A DNA stretch of 64,000 bases from Octopus bimaculoides (lineage: Eukaryota), in NCBI RefSeq assembly GCF_001194135.2, contig NC_068984.1, positions 118,586,960 to 118,650,959 on the forward strand. The letters are read 5' to 3'. A program made the position numbers and the translations under genes. Within the stretch, counting starts at the first letter, position 1; the number at the start of each line of letters is the position of its first letter. Below the pieces are notes generated by a model, which did no database searches, was not told the origin of the DNA, and was given only the letters and a program-made list of their open reading frames with translations. Positions 1-11,675 of this stretch are shown here, one piece after another.

Positions 1-524
1 TAGTACTTATTCTATTGGTCCTTTTTGCCGAATTGCTAAGTTACGGAGACATAAACACACCACCATCGGTTGTCAAGCGATGTTGGGGGGACAAACACAG
101 ACACAAACATATACACACACACACATATATATATATATACACACATATATATGACGAGCTTCTTTCAGTTTCCGTCTACCAAATCCACTCACAAGGCTTT
201 GGCGTTGTAAATAACCCTCTGCTACACATGCACAACAGGCTTCCCCTAAATTCATTTCCATTAGTGGATGGTCACAACAAGAAAGTCTGATGATAGGTCT
301 ACTCCATCATTTCTGACCCAAGGCTAAATAACAACATTAAAGACATGCACAATAAAACTTCCCTCCAAACTCTTTTCTGTTTATGTAAGATCAACAGTTG
401 AAATGTCTCTGATCATAGATCCACTCCATCAGGTCTGACATTAAAACCATAGCAGTTAGTTTGTTATATGGTAAGTATTAATAACATGATAATTTTTTTC
501 AGACAATATCTATAATTTTCAAAT

Positions 525-910
525 ATTTGTTGTTGGCACTCCGTCGCTTACGACGTCGAAGGTTCCAGTTGATCCGATCAACAGAACAGCCTGCTCATGA
601 AATTAACGTGCAAGTGGCTGAGCACTCCACAGACACGTGTACCCTTAACATAGTTCTCGGGGATATTCAGCGTGATACAGTGTGACAAGGCTGACCCTTT
701 GAATTACAGGCACAACAGAAATAGAAAGTAAGAGTGAGAGAAAGTTGTGGTGGAAGAGTACAGCAGAGTTCGCCACCATCTCCTGCCGGAGCCTCATGGA
801 GCTTTAGGTGTTTTCGCTCAATAAACACTCACAACGCCTGGTTTGAGAATCGAAACCGTGATCCTATGACCGCAAGTCTGCTGCCCTAACCACTGGGCCA
901 TTGCACCTCC
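525..910 (-). mobile_element. tRNA-derived SINE (family A), near full length
   Basis: Head ggaggtgcaatggcccagtggttagggcag..., B-box-like ggtttcgatt; flanking direct repeat ttttcaaatat; highly similar to 30383-30761. Confidence 0.85.
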
Positions 911-1011
911 AATTTTTTTCAAATATACAGTGTGCTTAAAGTAGTTAATTACTCTGGGGAAGATAATCTCTTCCAGATTAAACAAAGTTGAGTTGAAATG
1001 ATTTAACATAC

Positions 1012-1109
1012 CAGTTCTAGATCACATGGTACTCTTGAAAGGAAGTCCAGTAATTCATTATTTGGTATAGCATTCGGAGACCTAAGCTTTTTGGTAAATT
1101 TGTTAATGC
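1012..1109 (-). CDS. MCTP1: MCTP penultimate-type exon ([33 protein letters not shown])
   Basis: Acceptor tattttcag|GC, donor CTG|gtatgt; 98 nt, phase 1 in, phase 0 out. Confidence 0.95.
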
Positions 1110-1236
1110 CTGAAAATAAATAATTTCAACAATTACTAAAAAAAAAAAAAATGTATTCACATTTATAATATATGTATGATTTTGTATGTGTGTGTGTGTA
1201 TACATATACATACATACATACATACATACATACATA

Positions 1237-2113
1237 CAGGGTGTGGTGAATAAACTGTTGTCTAAATTATGCAAAAATGAAAATAACACTGATATCTCAT
1301 TTTAACAGATATATTTACCAAAACTACATAAAAATATCTTGAAATACTAAAGAGTAAATTTATTCAATAAAATCGCCATTGGTTTCAACCTCCAGACGAT
1401 TTTGGAATCTCCTGCAACTCTTCTGGATGGTCTCCTTGTTTAAGTTGGTGAGTACTGCCATAATCCTTGCCTTCAGTTCATCTTTGGTATTACAAGGAGT
1501 TTTGTTAAGTCTCTTGCTCAACTGCACCCCACACATAATAATCAAGGGGGTTGCAGTCTGGGGAGCTAGGTGGCCAGATGTTAGGGGTGATGTGGTCGCA
1601 GAAATTGTCTGACAGCCATGATGGAGTTCTCCTACTTGCATGGCATGGTGCAGAGTCTTGTTGCCAGACAGCCACCATCTTGACCCAGGGCAGTACTACC
1701 TCCACCATGCACTTGATGTAGGCCTCTGTGTTGAGTCTGAGGCCATGTGGGAAGAGATGAATGGAGGCATAAAATCGCCATCACTAGTGATCACTCCAAA
1801 CACCATGATGCTGATTGGATGTTTGATGTTTATCACTCTCAGTACATGTCCTCAGACTGCACTGTCCTCAGACTGCACTGTCCTCAGACGGACACCCAGA
1901 CACTCTGAAATGTTCATATTGGAGCTTCTGGTGCAAATGCCAAGCAGTACAGCATGTTGTTTCTAAATTTCTGGCAGAGTGAATTGCATCATGGTACTGT
2001 TTTTCTCACAGATAGTGCCCAACTGACCCTACTAAACTGTGTAGTTGACAAAATCAAAAACAAACAATGTGCATGCACAAAATTAAAAATGACAATTTAC
2101 CCATCACACCCTG
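1237..2113 (-). mobile_element. Tc1/mariner superfamily, maT-like (DD37D) DNA transposon, internally deleted and frameshifted
   Basis: TA-flanked inverted ends CAGGGTGTG(G/A)TG; remnant WQQDSAPCH...WPPSSPDCNPLDYYVW with 37 residues between the 2nd and 3rd catalytic Asp. Confidence 0.88.
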
Positions 2114-2182
2114 TATATATGCACTCACACAGGAGAGTCCATGATTGTTAGTTTTTACCAGAAATATTTTAGTAATACTTAC

Positions 2183-2292
2183 CCCACAACAATAGTAACA
2201 TTCGCAGTGGGATTAAGTAGCAGATTATGGCACCTAACAGCAGAAATATCACAGCAAGAGTAGAGAGCCATGGAATGCTCCAGTTAAATGTA
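2183..2292 (-). CDS. MCTP1: MCTP exon, second TM segment (TFNWSIPWLSTLAVIFLLLGAIICYLIPLRMLLLLWG)
   Basis: Acceptor tttgttacag|T, donor TGGG|gtaagt; 110 nt, phase 2 in, phase 1 out. Confidence 0.95.
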
Positions 2293-5200
2293 CTGTAACA
2301 AAGAAAAGAGGATCATGAGTAGCATTATTATTGTCATCATTGTTGACATCATAAAGCTAGCATGGAACAGCTTCAAAAGAGTAATGTAATTTCACTATGA
2401 CACGATGATCACAAGCTGATGCTTCCCTTGTTTTTTAGGAAATGGTATTTCAGAAACTTTTCTAGATTATTTTTAATGTAATAACACTCAACAGTGAATG
2501 TACTGTTTGACCATTTAAACATTTTGATACCAACACACTTAACACAGCCCTTAGTCCTATGATACAAACTGTCTGTTTCAAAATGACTTAGATTAAAATC
2601 TTCCCTCAAAACATCATGTTAATCTATGTTCCAAAACACCAGCTTTATAATGACAAAGTTCTTTTACCTAATTCTTCATTATTTTCAAAATTAACTGAAG
2701 AAAAGGCAATGAATTTCAGTAGGAATTTGGTAATAAAATGGTTAAACATCATACATTTAAAAGATGGGGGTATAGCAACAGTGAAAATACTATTTCTCAC
2801 TAAGAAGTGGAATGAATGAATGAATGTAGTACTGTAGTCTTTGTATAATTCCACAGGAATTGATTAGAATTTTATTTCATCAACCCCAGAAAGATGAATT
2901 GTAAGTTGGCCTTGGCAAGATTTAAGCTCAAAATGTAAAAGGCTGTAATTAAATACTAGAGGCATTTTGTCCAATACTCTAAACAAATTCCATTAGTCTA
3001 TTGCTCAATGGCTTAGGGATGAAAATCTATAGAATAATAATAATAATAATAATCCTTTCTACTATAGGCACAAGGTCTGAAATTGTAGCGGAGGGGGTTA
3101 GTTGATTATTTTGACCGCAGTGTGTAACTGGTACTTATTTCATTGATTCCAAAAGGATGAAAGGCAAAGTTGACCTCGGCAGAATTTGAATTCAGAACGT
3201 AAAAATGGACAAAATGCCGCTAAGCATTTCACCTGGCATGCTAACGATTCTGCCAGCTCACTGCCTTAATAATAATAATCCTTTCTACTACAGGCACAAG
3301 GCCTGAAATTTTTTTAGGGGTGGAGGCTAGTCAGTTACACTAACTGCTATTTGCAACTGGTACTTATTTTATTAATTCTGGAAGGATGAAAGACAACGTC
3401 GACTTGGCAGAATTTGAACTTAGACTGTAAAGACGGATGGAATGCTGATAATAATAATTTAGTTTCCATAAATCATATTTAAAGATCATTAGTCTAATTT
3501 TACAACCACCTCTTCCACTAAACCAAGTAAAAAGAGATAATATTATCAGCAATACAAAAAACTAAATTAGCTCTACCTTTGGGAAAAATACCAATTAGTT
3601 TTAAGTTCATACCTAATAAAGAAAATTGCCGCTTCAAACAGTTTGACATTTGCAGTTATTATTCCATGATTACTGCAATGCTATCGTTTTTACTAAGAAT
3701 TTTGGCAAATTACTACATCATAATTATATTATCAATTAATGTCTGTTTTCCATCTTGGTATGAGTTGGATGGTTTGACAGGATTCAGCAAGTGGCAAGGC
3801 TATGTCAGCTTCCAATATCAGCTTAGGTTTCTATGGCTAGATGCCCTTCCTAATGCCAACGACAGTGAAGAATGTTCCATTTTGTGCCACTGACACAAGT
3901 GAGGTTTCTAAGTAGGTTGCACTACCAAAAAGAACAAGAAATGGAAAAAGAAAAAGGAACCCCCCCACCTAGGCTAAGTGGGAGAGAGGTAGCTTTATAC
4001 CAAGTGTTGGGGGGTTAAAGAATGATAGGACAAGCACAGGAGTCTTGCTATAATGAATATACATGGCTATCCCTCATTATATAAGAGTGGAATTAGCTGG
4101 GAAGAACATACAATGGTAGTGAAGGGGTGCCAGAGAAGAGAAGATGGTAGTAATGGGGAAATTAGTTCAAGAAAATCAATTCTTTATTATGATAACAGCA
4201 TCAGAATACTTAGAAAAGAAAAGAAAAAGAAATCAAAACAAAAAATTCCTAATGTGCCTTTTGATGTTAGTAATAAAGTAAAGGATTTGTTTGAAGATTA
4301 GTGATATAATAGGATTATATACACTAAGTTAACCTATACTCTTCAAGGTCTCTAAGGGATGGTGGCCTTTTAATTCTCAGAAATTTTAACAATAAAAATA
4401 CTAAGAAAACACTGAAACATTCCAAAAAGAGCTCTATAACTTTTTCAAGAAATTTAACTTGAAAAAAACAGTTGATCCTAACTTTAAAGTAGATAACTAT
4501 CTTGACGTGACACTCAACTTAAACAAAGTACTATTTTCACCAAATTAGAAAATTAGTGATTCAATACATTTCAATAATAGATTTTGCACCCATTCCAAAA
4601 TATTTTTGATAGTCATTATGCATTTCCCACCTCTCTTTAAATGAGGCTATTTTCAGTGACACTTCTCAGTATTATAAAGATTTTCTGAAATGCTATGGCT
4701 TCATTGGTAAAATTAGGTATATAAGAAGAGATAATCCAACATCTATCACCAACAAAAAATAGATAAATAAAAATAAAAATAGGAGCAAGAATATAATTTT
4801 GGATGATTTCACTTTCAATCTATGTCCTGACCCCAGATGCAAAAATTTTCATCAAGTTGTATAAAAAATTATCCTCAGATATACATGTTAAAAATCTGTA
4901 TAAACCTTTTTGTTACCAAATTTCTATTGAAATACACTGCTTTTGTTACAGTTAATTTCTAGGTGTTCTATTAACCTTTTGCTAGGTATTCACATTCATT
5001 AAATATAGCAAGAGTAATTTCCCCTTTTGGTGGTTCTATGAGCTGCATTCATAGACGAACGATACTCAAATCTGACAAGGTTGTGTATCAAATACAATTA
5101 GAATAACTTTCTCTACATAACTACAAGACACTTAGTTGATTGTTTACCACATATAATTAATACTGCAGTCTGGATATTCATAATTATTTCTGGGAAAAGT

Positions 5201-5875
5201 ATTACAATTAAAATACCCAAAGAAACTTTTACTTCAGTATTTCATTTCTTTTCCAAATATCATTACAAATAGTTTATATTCTGATGGATGCTTATTCATA
5301 ATATTCTACTCAAACATCTGAAGTGAAAATCAAGTAAACTTTAAGAAAGTGATTCTATTTCAAATGACAGTTAAATATTTTTTATCTTTAAAGAGACTTC
5401 ATCTGCCATTACACCACACACACATATATATCAAATACCTCTTTTATTTTACTCCCACTTTTCCTCATACTACCACCTAAACTCTTTACTAGTTGATATA
5501 TGCCCTATTGTAACAATTTTTATTTTCAAAATTATTTTTGAATAATTCAAAGATGAAACTATGATAAAACATGATTTTTGAATTTGTTTGGCTTCACTAT
5601 TTACTTGATAATATACACATATATTTGGTTTTAAATGTGTGCTTGTATGTATGATTATATATACACACAGATAATATACACATATGTATATCATTTGGCT
5701 TTTAAGTTACATGAGTGACTCAAGGGTTGAGAATATCACTTATCAAATGTGACATCTCAACCGAACAAATACATATAAATTATTTTTTCTTAATTCATGA
5801 AACTCTATCATTGATTGTCTTTGAAATAAAATTTAACATTCAATGAAAATGCAAAGAAGAAAATATACCACCTAC

Positions 5876-5982
5876 TTTTTTACCCTTTCTCCAAGGCAAG
5901 CAATCATATCCATTGTTTGCTGTACCTGAAGGCAAACCTCCTGTATAGCTTGTAGTTTTTCCTTTAAGGACTTTTTCTCTTC
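5876..5982 (-). CDS. MCTP1: MCTP exon (EEKKSLKEKLQAIQEVCLQVQQTMDMIACLGERVKN)
   Basis: Acceptor ttttatacag|GAA, donor AA|gtaggt; 107 nt, phase 0 in, phase 2 out. Confidence 0.95.
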
Positions 5983-6043
5983 CTGTATAAAAGATAGATA
6001 CAAACTAATAATTTTATTACAGTTCTATATTTAAGAGATGAGG

Positions 6044-6352
6044 AATTATGTACATTATTTACATTTGACGAATATTTGTCCTCATCTTGTTTGTTGTTAA
6101 CACAGCATTTTGGTTGATATACCCTCCAGCCTTCATTAGGTGTCTTGGGGAAATTTTGAACCTGGGTTCTCATTCCTAAGGTATTTTTCGATGTTGTTGT
6201 AGTTGTTATTATTATCATTGTTATTCTTCAGGTCACTGCTTAAAATCGAACTCGGAATCTTGGGGTTAGTAGCCTGTGCTCTTAACCACTACGCCATATG
6301 CCCACGGGCATATGGCGTAGTGGTTCCATCAAATGTAAATAATGTAATAATT
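6044..6352. mobile_element. Collapsed head-to-head palindrome of a tRNA-head element with a Penelope-type hammerhead-like tail
   Basis: 20-bp perfect IR at 6284-6303/6306-6325; 18-bp terminal IR at 6051-6068/6329-6346; A/B-box-like head (TGGCGTAGTGG, GTTCGATT); decayed hammerhead at 6099-6144. Confidence 0.7.
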
Positions 6353-6851
6353 TTATGATTCAAATAGAAAAATGTGCCATTTGATGGTCATTCACTCAGT
6401 TACTTAATAATTTGCTTTAAAGTACATTTGACAAATAGTCTGATAGATAATTATCATCAAGGCTTGACTCTTTGGTTGCTCTATTTCTGAGCATTCTGAA
6501 TGCTCTTTTTCATCTTCATGACATTCATTCTTTCTGATTAAGACTCACTGCAATATGTTCATTTGGATATATATGCAACAATTATTTCTCCTGTGTATAA
6601 TTATTTGTGATATATATGTATAAAAATGAAGCCTAATATCATAAACACATTTTATCATGACCAATATACCTACTTAAAGCTACTTTGATTTACCAATGCC
6701 CAGATGAGACGGCGAAGAAAACTATTTTAATTTCTATTTCGCAGTTTTGTTTCATTTCAGTTGAATATACAGTTCTCTGCAAACTCACAATTCTAGTTCA
6801 GGGTCTTTACATTACAATCACGTAAAAACAAAAACATTTCAAGTGACGAAC

Positions 6852-6899
6852 CTTTTCTTTATCTTCCTCCTCTTCTTCTTCATCGTCATCTACATAGTC
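6852..6899 (-). CDS. MCTP1: MCTP exon, acidic tract (DYVDDDEEEEEEDKEK)
   Basis: Acceptor atttttcag|GAC, donor AAG|gttcgt; 48 nt, phase 0/0. Confidence 0.9.
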
Positions 6900-7289
6900 C
6901 TGAAAAATACAAAAACAGGGAAATATATGAAAATATAATTAAAGAAATATTAATCCATCTTTCTTGGTTCCACTTCTTTTAAAGATAAAAAAATATTTTA
7001 CCATTTACAGCTAGACTAGATTTGATCAACAGTTTTATGCATAATGGAAATAAAACATCTGGCAATGACTGGAAAATCAAATTGAACAAAATGTAGTATA
7101 GAAGAAAATATTTAAAACAAAAATTCATATCTGAAAAATAATGAAACTAATAGTCTAAAAAATTATAATCTTATAAATAAGAATCCATAATTCCATTCAC
7201 ATTTAGGATGCTTTATAGGAAAATTTAATTGATATTTTATTTTATCGACCATGGAATGATAAAAAGCAAAGTCAATTTAACACAGAACA

Positions 7290-8150
7290 TAATCACCATA
7301 ACTGAATATGACATGGTGTGCAAAAGAGACGACTGCACTGGTATGGTCATGTGTTGCAAATGAATGAGGACAGCTGTCTGAAAAAGTGTCACACCATAGC
7401 AGTTGAAGGATCCTGTGGAAGAGGTAGACTCAGGAAGACCTGGGATGAGGTGGTGAAGCACGACCTTTGAACAATGGGCTTCACCAAGGCAATGACTAAT
7501 GACCAAGACCTTTGGAGATATGCTGTGCTTAAGAAGACCCGACAAGCCAAATGAGATCATAGCCTATGCCAGTGGGTGTAGCCAGCCCACTTATGAGTAC
7601 CCCTCATTCATTGGACAATAAACTTTGCTTGCAAAGACCTATTGAGGCAAGTAAAATCAAAATCGCTGACATGCCCAATGACAGTACCGCCTGATTGGCA
7701 CTTGTGCCAGTGGAACGTTAAAAGCAAATCCGAGTGTGATCATTGCCAGGGCTACGGATTGGCTTCTGTGCCAGTGGCACGTAAAAAGTACTATTCGAGC
7801 ATCATTGTTGCCAGCATTGCCTTACCGGCACATGTGCCGGTGACACATGAAAAACACCATTCAAGTGTGGTCATTGCCAGTGCCGTTGGACTGGCTCCTG
7901 TGCAGGTAGCACGAAAAAAACACCACTTGAGCATGGTCATTGCCAGAACCGCTTGACTGATCCTCATGCCAGTGACACGTAAAAGCACCCACTACACTCT
8001 CGGAGTAGTTGGCATTAGGAAGAGCATTCAGCTGTAGAAACTTTGCCAGATCAGATTGGAGCCTGGTGCAGCCTTCTGGCTCACCAGTTCTCAGTCAAAC
8101 CGTCCAACCCATGCCAGCATAGAAAGCAGACGTTAAACGATGATGATGAT
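7290..8150 (+). mobile_element. RTE-clade LINE 3' end with tandemly repetitive 3' UTR and (GAT)n tail
   Basis: Frame reads RRLHWYGHVLQMNEDSCLKKC..VEGSCGRGRLRKTWDEVVKHDL; ends gttaaacgatgatgatgatgat. Confidence 0.85.
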
Positions 8151-8273
8151 GATAATGAATTACTGCAAGGTATTTTGTTGAATGCTCTACCAATTCTGCC
8201 ATTCCACTGCCTCAGACATATGTACAAGTAAATAAAACAAATTATTGGAAATATGCAGAAAATGGTTACTTAC

Positions 8274-8399
8274 TTCTGAAGATGGTTCTTTAACAAAATT
8301 GTCCATAACCATAGCAATAATTAAATTTTTGATAAATATAATGAGTAGTGTAACGGGTAGCATATATAGTTCAAAGTTCCATACAACCATAACATAAAC
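8274..8399 (-). CDS. MCTP1: MCTP exon, first hydrophobic/TM segment (VYVMVVWNFELYMLPVTLLIIFIKNLIIAMVMDNFVKEPSSE)
   Basis: Acceptor attcacag|GTT, donor GAA|gtaagt; 126 nt, phase 0/0. Confidence 0.95.
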
Positions 8400-9709
8400 C
8401 TGTGAATATATTATAAAGAAAAAGAAAAGAAAGATTAAATATGGTTTTAGATTCCACATTCCTATCAGATACATAAAGTAATGTTAGTGAAAAAGAAGTA
8501 TGAATAATTTGAAATTTTAACACTTGTGATACCATCCTGCCCATGACTGCCCTTGGTTTGCTGATATGAATGTCCTGTTATAAAATTATTCAAATCAACA
8601 ACTTTCTCCTCTTTGTTTCTCTGTCTCTCTCTCGTCGTCGTCATCTTCATCATCATCATCATCTAGCATCCGTTTTCCATGCTGACATAGGTTAGACAGT
8701 TTGATTGGAACTGATAAACCAAAGAGCTGCACCTGGCTCTAGTCTGTTTTGGCTTGGTTTCTACAGCTGGATGCCCTTCCTAATGTCAACCCCTCTTTAG
8801 AGTGTACTGGATGTCTTTTACATGACACAAGTACAGGTGCCTTTCCTGCATCACTGGCATGGGTGCTTATATATATATGTATGTATATATAGAAGATAAA
8901 CAAGACTGAAAAAACTACCGAAGGCTTGTGTTACATGGTTAAAGTATATATTTAAATTATGTCAGAAAAATGTTATAAAATATTTTGGTATATAAACATA
9001 TCAGTCATCATCATTACTGTTTAACATCTACTTTCCATGATGGCATGAGTAGGATGGTTTGACAGGAACCTACATCAGTCTTCTGTGTCTGTTTTGGCAT
9101 GGTTTTTACAGCTGGATGCTTTTTACATGGCACCAGCCCTGGCAGGATCACCAAGTACCTTGCAAGACAAAGATCCTTTGAGAGGAGAAGGGGCATTGGA
9201 AGAGGTGATCTTGCGTTAGATGATGAAAGGTTCGAGTGTGATGGAGAGACAGAGACAGGTGTCTTGCTGTAGAGTACATACATGGTTACCCAGCCAGAGA
9301 GAGAGAGTGAGTGATCAAGAAGGCGGACAGAAACAAGTGTGCTGCTGTAAAGGAGATACATGGCTATCCAACCTGAGGGATGAGTAGGAGAAAGAGAGAG
9401 AGAGAGAGTGGGAGACAACAAGAGAAAGCAGGAGAGAGATGGTGACAAAGTACCAGGGTATACTCACAGGAACAGGGATCAGAATATAAATGGGATGGTA
9501 AAAGTAAAGGAAGAGAGATATAGATGGTGGCATGTACCATGGCATACCCTCAAGGTATGGAGGTTATAATATAAGATCACCAGCCCTCTTCCACACGCAC
9601 ATACAAACTCTCTTATACACACGCACGCGCACTTTTGTTTTGGGATCACCACTACCTTATTATCTCCCCTTCTTCTTAGCTCTCCTGTGTGACCCTTCTG
9701 TCCGGCATT

Positions 9710-9875
9710 CGCCATGATAGATCGCTAGCCACTACACATTCTTTTTTTCTCTCCTTGTTCCTTTCTGTGGAAGAGCGTAGGCTCGAAACGTTAAAGACTT
9801 TTTCACTTCCCGAGCGTTATACTAATACATTTGTTTGTTGTCTACACCACCTGTCTTCGTCTTTTGTTTTTTTTT
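9710..9875 (+). mobile_element. Penelope-like pLTR fragment with hammerhead-like motif (9761-9796)
   Basis: CTTT-CTGTGGA-A-GAGC-gtag-GCTC-GAAA-CG-T-T-AAAG; homologous to 45585-45780. Confidence 0.7.
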
Positions 9876-10111
9876 TTTATACTGTAATAATAAGATTATC
9901 TTTTATCTTTTACTTTATAATTGTTTCAGTCATTGGACCGTGCCCATGCTGGGGCACCATCCTGAAGGATTTTAGGTGAACAAATTGATTCCAGTACTTA
10001 TTTTTTAAAGCCTGGTGCTTATTCTATTGATCTTTTTTGCTGAACCACTAAGTTATGGGGACTAAAAAAAACCAAAACCAGTTATCAAGCAATGATAGAT
10101 GACAAATGCAA

Positions 10112-10152
<41 letters not shown>

Positions 10153-11555
10153 CAATGGATTTCCATACAGGTCTGATCTACTAAATTTACTTACAAGGCA
10201 CTGGTCAGTCTGGGACTATAGTAAAAGACACTTGCCCAAGGTGCTGCAAAGTGAGACTGAACCCTAAACCACATGGTTGCAAAGTGAGCTTCTTAACCTC
10301 ACAACCATGTCTATGCTTAATTATAATAAACTTTTTCTTTTTTATTCAAGCATTTCAAAGACTTGCAAATATATAAATAAAAATGATAATGAGAAGTTTG
10401 TTTAAATATATCACCAACAACTGATTGAGCTTGCTTGGATTTTGCATATTTTGTTAGTTAATAATGTCTATGAGCTTATGATTGTGAGGTTGTGAGTTTG
10501 AATCTCGGACCGGGCTGCATGTTGTGTTCTTGAGCAAGACACTTTATTTCATGTTGCTCCAGTTAACTCAGCTGTAGAAATGAGTTGCGACGTCACAGGT
10601 GCCAAGCTGTATCAGCCTTTGCCTTTCCCTTGGATAACATTAGTGGTGTGGAGAGGGGAGGTCGGTATGCATGGGCGACTGCTGGTCTTCCATAAACAAC
10701 CTTGCCCAGACTTGTGCCTGGGAGGGTAACTTTCTAGGTGAAATCCAATGGTCAGTCATGACCAAAGGGGGTCTCAGCAATGTCTATAGTCACTGGTCCA
10801 TAAGTATTAGCAATAATACTTTTTGGTAACTTGTTGATTCTGGCCATTGACCTCTTACAGAAGTTCCTCTGCTCAGCATTAAGTGAGTGCTGTCAATGAT
10901 CAGTGGTCAACTTCTTCAGGACTGCACATTCACCATACTAATACCTATGACCTCAACTATAACTTTAAACCACTTGACTGGTGACTGTGATGGCTTTAAA
11001 AAGGCAACCGTGTTTGGTTCAGGATTGGTTATTTCCATATAAATGATCATCCCCCATTATCTAGAGGTTGTTCCTCTCTCTGCCACAGGAGAGGCCAGTT
11101 GGGTAGAAGTTCCCTCTCCCAACCGAAATATTTCAAGAACTATTAGATCTTAAGAATACAATAGTTTTGTATTGTTCTTTTATTGATCATTTCCAAAGAT
11201 TTAGAATCATATATATCTAAGCTTTTACTATGAAGTACATCTGTAAAACTTTAGTTGTCACTGCTTTTGTCATGATTATTACAATTGTCTTATCTATTTA
11301 GTAAATTTGAATAATAAATTTAATTAATTAATATATTAAAGTAGTGATGCTTAAAACCTAAGGATATACTCCATAGGAAACTTTGTATGAAAATAAACAC
11401 TGCTGGAAAGTCAATAATTTATCTTAATCAATAATTTCCATAGATTGTTTTAAGCAAAAAGTATTTAAAAATGAAATATTAATTGGATTAAAATAGAAAA
11501 TGCTTGTTAAAATTTACCCATAAATGAAGGAGCTTATTAAAAAAATAATACTTAC

Positions 11556-11675
11556 AATAAAGGCAGTGATACTCCGTGGTTTAGACTCGTAGTCAAAACA
11601 ACTCTGAATAAACCTTCCAGTTTCAACAAAAGAAGATACAATCTGAGAGACTCGGTTGATATTTCTCTTCATTAC
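11556..11675 (-). CDS. MCTP1: MCTP exon (VMKRNINRVSQIVSSFVETGRFIQSCFDYESKPRSITAFI)
   Basis: Acceptor ctatttgtag|GTA, donor ATT|gtaagt; 120 nt, phase 0/0; SCF.[W/Y]ES..RS..AF motif. Confidence 0.95.

Noticed and set aside
285-318. TGATGA...CTGA box C/D-like pair
   Set aside because: Only about 20 nt between the boxes, too short for a snoRNA; part of a dispersed repeat with a related copy at about 407-440.
1-1011. Search for the terminal MCTP exon
   Set aside because: No acceptor followed by a plausible phase-0 C-terminal peptide was found; the region is mostly SINE sequence.
7655-7995. Repeat array resembling CRISPR repeat-spacer structure
   Set aside because: The units are degenerate tandem copies without unique spacers, inside a LINE 3' UTR of a eukaryote, with no cas genes.
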